Virus record (IMG/VR): IMGVR_UViG_3300032335_000499
DNA from: a virus
Lineage: Duplodnaviria; Heunggongvirae; Uroviricota; Caudoviricetes
DNA: 64,000 bases
Reading direction: 5' to 3' (one strand)
The position numbers were made by a program, and so were the translations under genes. Shown here in pieces: positions 36,676 through 45,025 of the stretch. Under the pieces are notes generated by a model. That model was not told the origin of the DNA. It made no database searches and worked only from the letters and a program-made list of their open reading frames with translations. Each line of letters starts with the position of its first letter. Position 1 is the stretch's first letter.

Positions 36676-37502
36676 GGCAATATCACGATTTACTAGAAGA
36701 CATACTAAATAATGGTGAAATCAAAGATGACCGAACAGGCGTCGGCACTATCAGCGTCTTCGGTCGGCAATTACGATTTGACTTGACAGTAGGTTTTCCT
36801 GCTGTAACAACTAAGAAGTTAGCATGGAAATCAGTAGTTAGTGAACTACTGTGGTTTATAGAAGGGAGCGGAGATGAGAGAAGACTTGCAGAAATTTTAT
36901 ACGGATCCAGAGATCCTGAACGTAGTACGATATGGACAGGAAACGCTCAAGCAGCTTATTGGACGCCAAAAGCGAGATATGACGGGGATTTGGGACGAGT
37001 ATACGGTGTACAGTGGAGAGACTGGCGAGGAGTTGACCAACTCTCAAATCTAATTGAGGGCATCAAGAATGACCCTAACGGTCGTAGACATATCATCACT
37101 GCATGGAATGTAGATGAACTAGATAAGATGGCGTTGCCTCCCTGCCACGTTCTCGCACAGTTTTATGTTAGTAACGGTAAACTAAGCTGCCATATGTATC
37201 AGCGTAGCGTTGACGTATTCCTTGGCTTACCCTTCAACATCGCCAGCTATGCATTGCTTACTCATATGATTGCGCAGGTATGTGACCTAAAAGTAGGCGA
37301 ACTTATCATTTCTACTGGTGACACTCATATCTACAGTAACCATATTGAACAAGTTAAAGAGCAGCTTTCACGAGAAGAATACCCATTACCTCTCCTTTTT
37401 CTTGATCCTAAGATAAAAAACATTGACAAATTCATAATGGATGATATACTGTTATTTGACTATCAGAGTCATGGAACTATTAAGGCTGATATGGCAGTAT
37501 GA
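36672..37502 (+). CDS. thyA: Thymidylate synthase (dUMP-specific)
   Basis: DDRTGVGT, ELLWF, MALPPCH, YQRSVDVFLGLPFNIASY with the Asn specificity residue. Confidence 0.97.
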   Translation: MRQYHDLLEDILNNGEIKDDRTGVGTISVFGRQLRFDLTVGFPAVTTKKLAWKSVVSELLWFIEGSGDERRLAEILYGSRDPERSTIWTGNAQAAYWTPKARYDGDLGRVYGVQWRDWRGVDQLSNLIEGIKNDPNGRRHIITAWNVDELDKMALPPCHVLAQFYVSNGKLSCHMYQRSVDVFLGLPFNIASYALLTHMIAQVCDLKVGELIISTGDTHIYSNHIEQVKEQLSREEYPLPLLFLDPKIKNIDKFIMDDILLFDYQSHGTIKADMAV

Positions 37503-37738
37503 AAACAATTGTTGCTCATCGCTTCACCGTCGGAGACGTTGAAGACCCTGATATCTATGCTGCCGAACCTCTTTGGGAATGGCAGAATAGTGAAGCAGGT
37601 AAGTGGGCAATGGAAAATTGTACTGAAACTCCTAGTTGGCATCGTGATATAGATGCAGCTAGATTTGGCTATAGTTACCAAATAAGAATTACCTTAACCC
37701 CTAAGCAACTCGTATATTGGAAATTGAAGTATGACTAG
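37499..37738 (+). CDS. Small F-x-L-x-W family protein (divergent)
   Basis: GKWAMENC...LVYWKLKYD. Confidence 0.55.
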   Translation: MKTIVAHRFTVGDVEDPDIYAAEPLWEWQNSEAGKWAMENCTETPSWHRDIDAARFGYSYQIRITLTPKQLVYWKLKYD

Positions 37739-38018
37739 AGAAGAAATTATCAACAGCATGTGCTTGACCTTTCGTCACGATTACGGACTTGTAATCAGTG
37801 AAGACGATAGAATGTACACGCTTAACTCGGGTATGACAGAACTAGAACGACAGGGGTTATTCAACACTATGTCACAAGTTTTTGACCATCACTTTGCTAC
37901 TTCATTAGAAGAATATCGCAAGGTCAACGAAGGTGAATTCATTACTATTCCAAAGAGTGCTGAACATGCAAAAGCTATGATGGGCGTTGCACAATGGTAC
38001 CTAGATAACCAAGGATGA
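37731..38018 (+). CDS. Hypothetical protein
   Basis: Coupled ORF (SMCLTFRHDYGL). Confidence 0.55.
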   Translation: MTREEIINSMCLTFRHDYGLVISEDDRMYTLNSGMTELERQGLFNTMSQVFDHHFATSLEEYRKVNEGEFITIPKSAEHAKAMMGVAQWYLDNQG

Positions 38019-38980
38019 GAATGCTAGTAACAGGTGGCCTAGGCTTTATTGGTCACAATGTGGTTTCTAAGTTAGAAGACTTAGGTCATGATGTTCTAAT
38101 CATTGACAACATGACTGATTACGGTATCATTCCAAAAAATGAAATGGATTACCTACTAGACGAAAGAATCAAGAAGATTCGGTCGGTGTGTACTCCGCTA
38201 CCCATTGAAAACAAGGATGCCATAGACAACATTTTTAAAAGCTTTAAGCCAAACGTTGTCATTCATTTAGCAAGTTTTCCCCGTCAGAAAGTAGTGAACA
38301 GCAATCCGTCATTTGGCGCCCGAGTAATGATTGAGGGCCTGTTGAATCTTTGCGAAGCTTCAAAACGCAACAACGTTGAGAAGTTTGTGTATGTGAGTAG
38401 TAGCATGGTCTATGGTGACTTTGCTGATGATGTAACAGAGGATGCTGAGTGTAAGCCTCAAGGTATGTACGGTATTATGAAACTAGCCGGTGAATGGCTA
38501 GTGAAAGATTATCATGACAGAGGGGCATTTGATTATACTGTCATACGTCCTAGTGCGGTGTACGGGCCTTGTGATGTAGAAGACCGTGTGGTGTCAAAGT
38601 TTCTTTTGGCAGCGTTACGTGACGAAACTATCATGGTAAATGGTTCGGAAGAAACGTTAGACTTTTCGTATGTTGACGATGTGGCTGATGGCATTGTAGC
38701 AGCTACGTTGTCGCACAATACAGCCAACAAGTGCTATAACGTCACGAGAGGAGCTTCTAGGACACTATTAGAAGCAGCAGAGCTAGCAGTTAAAATTGCA
38801 GGCAAGGGTACAATTGAAGTTAGGGACAGGGATTCGTCCTTTCCCAGCAGGGGAGCATTGAATATTGATGCTGCTAGACAAGACTTTGATTTTGACCCTA
38901 AGGTTGATATAGAAGAAGGATTTCAAAGATACTATGAGTATCTTTGTAGTTCCCCATTTTGGAAGGATAAAATTAAATGA
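38015..38980 (+). CDS. NAD-dependent NDP-sugar epimerase/dehydratase
   Basis: TGGLGFIG, HLAS, SSSMVYG, YGIMK (YxxxK), DFSYVDD. Confidence 0.92.
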   Translation: MRMLVTGGLGFIGHNVVSKLEDLGHDVLIIDNMTDYGIIPKNEMDYLLDERIKKIRSVCTPLPIENKDAIDNIFKSFKPNVVIHLASFPRQKVVNSNPSFGARVMIEGLLNLCEASKRNNVEKFVYVSSSMVYGDFADDVTEDAECKPQGMYGIMKLAGEWLVKDYHDRGAFDYTVIRPSAVYGPCDVEDRVVSKFLLAALRDETIMVNGSEETLDFSYVDDVADGIVAATLSHNTANKCYNVTRGASRTLLEAAELAVKIAGKGTIEVRDRDSSFPSRGALNIDAARQDFDFDPKVDIEEGFQRYYEYLCSSPFWKDKIK

Positions 38981-39189
38981 GCGATTTAGAAACTGCCTTA
39001 AAAACGCATGATTGGACTTTGGCTGGATATAAATCCAGAGTTAATGTAGACAAGTTGATGAAAGAAAATCCTGAACAATCATCGGCGCTATGGGAACAAT
39101 ATTGTCCGTGGTCTGATACTAACGGCGGATTACTTGAATGGTGGGCAAAAAATGATAATTCCGCATTTCGGCCTAGCAAGACAGTATAA
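38977..39189 (+). CDS. Hypothetical protein
   Basis: Coupled ORF between the two sugar genes. Confidence 0.45.
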   Translation: MSDLETALKTHDWTLAGYKSRVNVDKLMKENPEQSSALWEQYCPWSDTNGGLLEWWAKNDNSAFRPSKTV

Positions 39190-40219
39190 TAACCTTCAAG
39201 ATGAGTTGCTAGACGCAACCCATGATGCCTTAAAGGAAGGGGTGCTGATTAATGGCCCCTACACTGCCGCATTAGAATCATGGCTATGTAATTACACAGG
39301 CTGTAAGTTTGCTACAGTCACTCACAGTGGAACTCATGCACTAGAATTTATCGCAGGCTATCATTACGATTTGTCATTTTTAGCAGGGGAAGAAGAACCG
39401 CCGCGCATTCGCATTCCAAACTTAACTTTTCCCGCCACGTTGAATGCGTTTGTCAGTACAGGATGGGACGTTGAACTAGTTGACACGGACAATAACGGAT
39501 TGTTTAAGTTTGATGATGACTATGAAGATGGTTTTAACAGTTACACCTGCTTTGTAGGATTGTATGGTGCTAGCCCAAATCGTAGCTTCTATTCTAATAC
39601 AATCGTAGACGGTGCGCAGCACTGGTTAGCAGTAAACCAACATCAAGTCGGTGATGCTATGGCTATCAGTTTTGATCCTACTAAGAACTTACCGAGTAGC
39701 GGCAATGGCGGCGCAATAGTAACAAATGATCAATCACTGTATGATTGGGTAAATGTCATGAAGAACAATGGCAAGTTTGAACATTACTATCCCGGCACTA
39801 ACAGTAAGATGAGTGAATTAGAATGCGCCCATTTGTTGGTTAGGTCCAAATATATTGATAGATGGCAAAATCGCAGAGAAAAAATACGAAATTACTACTT
39901 GGATAGATTTGAGGATTTGCCTTTTAGATGTCTCAGTGAACCTTTTGATAAACATGCCGATCAAAAGTTTGTTATCTACACCCAAACTCGAAATGAGCTA
40001 CATGAGTATTTACACGGTAACAAAATTGAATCTAGGATTCATTATCCTCAGGCATTAAGTGAGTTACCTATTGCCAAAGATATTATCAAAAAGCCAGACA
40101 TGATAAGCACCAGCATAGCATTGTCTCGCGGGGTGTTGAGTCTTCCTATCTATCCCGAACTTTCGGATAGTGAAGTAGAGGCGGTTGCAGACACGGTTTG
40201 TAAGTTTTTTGATAAATAA
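39152..40219 (+). CDS. DegT/DnrJ/EryC1/StrS PLP-dependent sugar aminotransferase
   Basis: HSGTHAL, TFPAT, DGAQH, SFDPTKNL (PLP Lys), GNGG, NSKM, LSLPIYP. Confidence 0.92.
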   Translation: MIIPHFGLARQYNNLQDELLDATHDALKEGVLINGPYTAALESWLCNYTGCKFATVTHSGTHALEFIAGYHYDLSFLAGEEEPPRIRIPNLTFPATLNAFVSTGWDVELVDTDNNGLFKFDDDYEDGFNSYTCFVGLYGASPNRSFYSNTIVDGAQHWLAVNQHQVGDAMAISFDPTKNLPSSGNGGAIVTNDQSLYDWVNVMKNNGKFEHYYPGTNSKMSELECAHLLVRSKYIDRWQNRREKIRNYYLDRFEDLPFRCLSEPFDKHADQKFVIYTQTRNELHEYLHGNKIESRIHYPQALSELPIAKDIIKKPDMISTSIALSRGVLSLPIYPELSDSEVEAVADTVCKFFDK

Positions 40220-40225
40220 TACGTT

Positions 40226-40687
40226 ATGAACATTTACTGGATACTCACCCTTCTCCCCGTATGGATCATTCACTCAGTATTAGGACTGGGTGTACTAGGT
40301 CTATTGATTGCATTCTTTGTGCAACGCATTCCATTCGTCAAAACATATGGATATATGATTAAGATTGTGTCTTCAATCTTGTTAGTGTTGGGCCTATTCT
40401 TGCAAGGTGCATTAGCGTATAAAGAAAGCACTGCACTCGCAGTAGCAGAGCTTGAAGCTAAGTTAGCTAAAGCGGAAGCAAAATCACAGAAAACCAATGT
40501 AGAAATTGTTGAGAAGATCGTCACTGATACACAAGTCATTCGCACCAAAGGCAAGACTATTACTGAATATGTTGACCGCGAAGTTATCAAGTACGAAACC
40601 AAATGTCCACTTCCTACTGAGGTAATCCGCGCACACAATGCTGCTGCTACGATGGATCCTAGTAAGCTTGAAGGAGACAAGAAGTGA
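40226..40687 (+). CDS. Putative inner-membrane spanin (Rz-like)
   Basis: N-terminal TM helices, coiled coil, Cys near the C-terminus; overlaps a lipoprotein gene. Confidence 0.6.
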   Translation: MNIYWILTLLPVWIIHSVLGLGVLGLLIAFFVQRIPFVKTYGYMIKIVSSILLVLGLFLQGALAYKESTALAVAELEAKLAKAEAKSQKTNVEIVEKIVTDTQVIRTKGKTITEYVDREVIKYETKCPLPTEVIRAHNAAATMDPSKLEGDKK

Positions 40688-40956
40688 AGAAATTAATGCT
40701 TCTCCCGCTTGTTCTACTATCAGGTTGCAGTATTACCGCAGTTCCAGTAACACCTAATTTTCCAGAGGCTCCGGCAACATTACAAGAAAAATGTGCTGAT
40801 TTAAAAGAAGTTGCTGAAGGTGCTTCACTCACAGAATTCACTAAAATAGTAGTAGAAAACTATATTCTATATCACGAATGCAAAGTCAAAGTTGAAGGCT
40901 GGAACGAGTGGTATACTAAGCAAAAAGCTATTTTTGAAGAAGCTACCAAAAAGTAA
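40684..40956 (+). CDS. Putative outer-membrane spanin lipoprotein (Rz1-like)
   Basis: Lipobox LLSGC, Pro-rich mature N-terminus. Confidence 0.65.
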   Translation: MKKLMLLPLVLLSGCSITAVPVTPNFPEAPATLQEKCADLKEVAEGASLTEFTKIVVENYILYHECKVKVEGWNEWYTKQKAIFEEATKK

Positions 40957-41002
40957 TCTTGAGTCTAGTATGATAAATACTAGATAACAACGGAAGATTA
41001 CT

Positions 41003-41542
41003 ATGTCCACCCAAGAAATTATTAATATTGGTACACTACCTAACGATGGTGAAGGTGATCCGCTAAGAGTAGCGTTTGGTAAGATCAATAATAACTTCGC
41101 TAACCTGTTCCCTACTGCAATCAACACTAGCAGCTCCTATTCAGTTGGAGACGCTCCTGGACAATTGATATTTGAAACTGATGCTAACACATTTACCCTA
41201 GGCCAATTTTATGTATATGCGGCTGACCCTACTGGTAATAATAGCCAAAGTATGCAATTAAACGCACAAATTAATCAAGATTTAGATGATGCAAAGTTTA
41301 GTGCTGTAGGTACCTCAGTATTCGGAAATGCATTAACTAGCTATAGTATGCAGGTAGTGGGAGGTAATGTACAATTACTTGCAGACCCAATTCAAGATAC
41401 GACTATCTTTCACTTCATAGGTTCTCAGATTATTTGGACAGGTGCTAATGTTGCCGGCTTACTGCTGGGAATAGATGGTTATGTAGATTCAGTAATTTCT
41501 ACTGAAAATGCCTTGAATGTTGAAACTGAACAGTCATTCTAA
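41003..41542 (+). CDS. Baseplate gp9/gp10-like structural protein
   Basis: INIGTLPNDGEGDPLRVAFGKINNNF is the T4 gp9/gp10-type N-terminal motif. Confidence 0.7.
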   Translation: MSTQEIINIGTLPNDGEGDPLRVAFGKINNNFANLFPTAINTSSSYSVGDAPGQLIFETDANTFTLGQFYVYAADPTGNNSQSMQLNAQINQDLDDAKFSAVGTSVFGNALTSYSMQVVGGNVQLLADPIQDTTIFHFIGSQIIWTGANVAGLLLGIDGYVDSVISTENALNVETEQSF

Positions 41543-41937
41543 TGAGAGCATATGAGTTCATAACAGAATCGGTTACTGATGGGTTAAGTGTTGCATCCTA
41601 CGCACTACCGAATACCTATGTCATTCCTGAATTGAAAAATAATGACTTCTATGAATTGTATAGATTCGGCGTAGCAATTGCAGATGTCCGTGGAACAAGC
41701 GGCCCCGATGACGGTGTTCAAAATGAGTTCAAACACGATTTTAAAGCGGAAACTGCATGGGGTGAGAATCAGGTAGTATCTTCTGAATTTGATGCTGACA
41801 TTGGACAACTCATTGACCAGGCATTAGCAAAAGTAGGCAAGCGTGGCAAAAAATCAGTAAGTACGCCAGGTAGCGATGAGATACCAAATACTGGTACGCA
41901 GTCTACTCTTAAGCCTTTTAAAGGGTATAAACGATGA
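41542..41937 (+). CDS. Putative internal head protein, paralogue 1
   Basis: Starts MRAYEFITE, ends LKPFKGYKR. Confidence 0.55.
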   Translation: MRAYEFITESVTDGLSVASYALPNTYVIPELKNNDFYELYRFGVAIADVRGTSGPDDGVQNEFKHDFKAETAWGENQVVSSEFDADIGQLIDQALAKVGKRGKKSVSTPGSDEIPNTGTQSTLKPFKGYKR

Positions 41938-42302
41938 GAGCGCATGAGTTTATTACCGAAGGTAATAAGGGAAAAGTATCTGACCGCCAACAGCAATCCA
42001 CTGTTGGGTTAAATATTTTTGCAACAACTCAATACGATAGAACATATGACTTGAATAGAGTTATGATGGCAGTCGCCTCAACTGACGGTGTAACTGTCCC
42101 TGATTTAAATAGGGAAAGCTGGGTAGGTAAGAACAACACCGCTCACCCTTATACTCAAGTAGAGCAAGATATGTTAAAAATAGCATATAAAGCAGCAGGA
42201 ATCCCCTTTCAAGATTTGAACAAAGGTGATTTGGATAGTGAAGAATTAGATTCTACTCAAGACCAAAGCCCCATCAAGCCCTTTAAAGGATATAAGAAGT
42301 GA
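41934..42302 (+). CDS. Putative internal head protein, paralogue 2
   Basis: Starts MRAHEFITE, ends IKPFKGYKK. Confidence 0.55.
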   Translation: MRAHEFITEGNKGKVSDRQQQSTVGLNIFATTQYDRTYDLNRVMMAVASTDGVTVPDLNRESWVGKNNTAHPYTQVEQDMLKIAYKAAGIPFQDLNKGDLDSEELDSTQDQSPIKPFKGYKK

Positions 42303-42679
42303 GAGCGCACGAGTTCATCAATGAAGGTAAGAAGGGTTCCGTGCCTAAAAGACATGATGCTTCTCAACCTGGCGCCTATAAATTCAGAGATAATGGTACA
42401 GACAGAACCTATCATCTAAATCAAATCATGAAAGCAGTAGCTATGGCCGATGGAACATCTACTAAAGCATTGAAGATGGATGATGAAAGTTTTGCTGGCA
42501 AAAACAACCTAGCTTATCCATACACTGATGTAGAACATACTATGATGCAGCAGGCATTCAACACTGTATCTCCTACGCAAGCTAAAGAGATGATTAAGGG
42601 TAGAGATAGTAGCGAACTTGATATCGTTAACAAAACTAGTCCTGTTGCTTCTAGACCAAAAGATCACAGAAAAAAATAA
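42299..42679 (+). CDS. Putative internal head protein, paralogue 3
   Basis: Starts MRAHEFINE; shares DRTY..N..M.AVA..DG and ESF.GKNN motifs with paralogue 2. Confidence 0.55.
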   Translation: MRAHEFINEGKKGSVPKRHDASQPGAYKFRDNGTDRTYHLNQIMKAVAMADGTSTKALKMDDESFAGKNNLAYPYTDVEHTMMQQAFNTVSPTQAKEMIKGRDSSELDIVNKTSPVASRPKDHRKK

Positions 42680-42709
42680 TTACTAGCTAGCTACTGCATA
42701 AGTAATTTC

Positions 42710-43414
42710 ATGCAAAACTTAATCGACATCAACCAAACCCTAGACCTTATCAAGCTCAAGTTTTATAACGAATGGCTTTACACCGCTCATATCTATGATG
42801 AAGGCGACAGCCAGTTCCATAGACAACTTACTAAGCAGGTAGTAGAAACTTACATTGACCCACTCAATTTGCCTAAGGATGCGCACATTCTTGACTTAGG
42901 AAGTGGTCCTGGCTACTTTCTTGACGAAATGAAAGAGCGGGAGTACACTAATGTAACCGGAGTAACACTAAGCCCCGGAGATGTTGCTATCTGTGAAGCC
43001 AAAGGCCATACTATTAAAAAGTATGACTTGTCATTCTTGCCACAAAAGGATGGCTACTATGATGAATCAGTTGACTTTATCTTCTTGCGTCACGCACTAG
43101 AGCATAGTCCTTATCCTATCTTCTCGTTGATGGAATATAATCGTGTTCTCAAGCAGGGTTCAAAGATTTATATTGAAGTTCCTGCTCCTGACGGTGATAG
43201 AAAGCATGAATATAATCTGAATCACTATAGTATTTTTGGGTCAAATCAATTGGCTGCATTACTACAGCGTACCGGATTTGACATTGATAGCTTCAATAAT
43301 CTTGAGTTTGAATTAAATATTGCAGATCCCGAAGATCCCGAAAAGAAGCAAACAGCTAAAGAAAAATACTTTTGCATCGTTGCTACTAAAGCAAGACCAC
43401 TAGATATCAAGTAA
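42710..43414 (+). CDS. Class I SAM-dependent methyltransferase
   Basis: ILDLGSGPG, DFIFLRHALEH, RVLKQG...IEVP. Confidence 0.85.
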   Translation: MQNLIDINQTLDLIKLKFYNEWLYTAHIYDEGDSQFHRQLTKQVVETYIDPLNLPKDAHILDLGSGPGYFLDEMKEREYTNVTGVTLSPGDVAICEAKGHTIKKYDLSFLPQKDGYYDESVDFIFLRHALEHSPYPIFSLMEYNRVLKQGSKIYIEVPAPDGDRKHEYNLNHYSIFGSNQLAALLQRTGFDIDSFNNLEFELNIADPEDPEKKQTAKEKYFCIVATKARPLDIK

Positions 43415-43419
43415 AAAAC

Positions 43420-43447
43420 ACTCCCACTGCTTAGTGGGAGTATTTTT
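43420..43447 (+). terminator. Intrinsic terminator overlapping the late promoter
   Basis: ACTCCCACT-GCTT-AGTGGGAGT then ATTTTT running into TATAAATA. Confidence 0.7.
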
Positions 43448-43454
43448 ATAAATA
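43447..43454 (+). promoter_or_regulatory. T4-type late promoter TATAAATA
   Basis: Exact motif 5 nt upstream of the terminase ATG. Confidence 0.75.
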
Positions 43455-43459
43455 TTACT

Positions 43460-45007
43460 ATGGCAAATACACCCACTCTTATTAAGGATCCGTACAAGAA
43501 AACTGTCTTCAAGAACCAACAGGAACTTGATGACTTTATGAAATGCTGTGATCCAGATACAGGTTATCTATACTTCATGGATAACTTCTTCATAATTCAA
43601 CATCCTACCAAAGGCAGTATGAATTATCACCCTTGGGAGTTCCAAGAACGATTAATTGACACATACCATCGCTATCGTTTCTCTATCTCATTGATGCCTA
43701 GACAGAGTGGTAAGTCAACATCAGCAGCAGGTTATCTGCTTTGGTACGCTATGTTCGTACCCGACTCTACTATTCTTATTGCAGCACACAAGTACACCGG
43801 TGCACAAGAAATTATGCAGCGTATACGATATGCGTATGAAAATTGTCCAGATCATATAAAAGCAGGCGTTACTACCTATAACAAGGGTTCGCTTGACTTT
43901 GAGAACGGATCACGCATCGTGTCTGCTACTACGACTGAAAACACAGGTCGTGGTATGTCTATTACATTACTATATCTTGACGAATTTGCTTTCGTCCGTC
44001 CTTCAATCGCACAAGAGTTTTGGACTTCTATCACTCCTACTCTATCAACTGGTGGTAAAGCAATCATTACTTCAACCCCAAACAGTGACGAAGACCAGTT
44101 TGCTCTTATTTGGAAGGGTGCAAACAAAACAGAAGACGAATTCGGTAATACTACTGAGTTAGGTGTTAACGGCTTTAGAGCATTTAGAGCATACTGGACA
44201 GAACAGCCCGGTCGTGACCAAAAATGGGCTGATGAAATGAAAGCTCAACTCGGTGATGATCGCTTCAATCGTGAAATCGGTTGCGAATTTATCATTGCAG
44301 ACGAAACACTAATCAATCCAAACACATTACTCATGCTTGAGGGAATTGAACCTAATAATAGAATGGGACAAGTACGCTGGTATAAACTACCTGAGAAAGG
44401 TAGACTGTATGTAGTAGCTCTTGATCCAAGTCTTGGTACAGGCGGTGACCCTGCTGCTATTCAAATCTTTGAAGCAAGTACTACTACTCAGATTGGCGAG
44501 TGGAAACACAACAAGACTGATATTCCTAGTCAAATTAAACTACTTGCTGAAATTTGTAAGTATATCTCGGAAAAAACTAACGAACCAAACAATATCTATT
44601 ATAGTATTGAAAACAACGGCATTGGTCAGGCTGCTATCGTATCACTAAACGAATACGGGGAATCAAATATACCGGGTGTCTTTATTAGTGAGTCAGGCAA
44701 AGGCAAACGCGGATTCACTACTACTAATAAGCCTAAGCTTGCTGCTTGCGCCAAGTTCAAAACACTGTTAGAATCAAAGAAGATGACTATTCATAGCCGC
44801 TCTCTTATTAGTGAGTTGAAAGCGTTTGTTGCGTCTGGAGGAAGCTATGCAGCTAAGATAGGAGACACTGATGACTTAGTAATGTCATCCCTATTAGCAG
44901 TTAGAATGATGACACAGTTAGCAGACTATCACGGTGACCTAGAAAGTCAAATGCGTGACCACGATGAGATTATTATGCCTCTGCCATTCTTTGCCGTCTT
45001 AGGCTAA
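43460..45007 (+). CDS. Terminase large subunit (T4 gp17-like)
   Basis: PRQSGKST Walker A, LYLDEFAF Walker B, ITSTPN, nuclease DPSLG..D and DDLVMS. Confidence 0.95.
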   Translation: MANTPTLIKDPYKKTVFKNQQELDDFMKCCDPDTGYLYFMDNFFIIQHPTKGSMNYHPWEFQERLIDTYHRYRFSISLMPRQSGKSTSAAGYLLWYAMFVPDSTILIAAHKYTGAQEIMQRIRYAYENCPDHIKAGVTTYNKGSLDFENGSRIVSATTTENTGRGMSITLLYLDEFAFVRPSIAQEFWTSITPTLSTGGKAIITSTPNSDEDQFALIWKGANKTEDEFGNTTELGVNGFRAFRAYWTEQPGRDQKWADEMKAQLGDDRFNREIGCEFIIADETLINPNTLLMLEGIEPNNRMGQVRWYKLPEKGRLYVVALDPSLGTGGDPAAIQIFEASTTTQIGEWKHNKTDIPSQIKLLAEICKYISEKTNEPNNIYYSIENNGIGQAAIVSLNEYGESNIPGVFISESGKGKRGFTTTNKPKLAACAKFKTLLESKKMTIHSRSLISELKAFVASGGSYAAKIGDTDDLVMSSLLAVRMMTQLADYHGDLESQMRDHDEIIMPLPFFAVLG

Positions 45008-45025
45008 TTTGGCATAAATATACAT

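Noticed and set aside
36672-37502. ThyA as a dCMP hydroxymethylase feeding carbamoylated-hmC DNA
   Set aside because: It has the dUMP-specific Asn (PFNIASY) and is paired with DHFR, so it is canonical. DNA modification by genes outside the window is not excluded.
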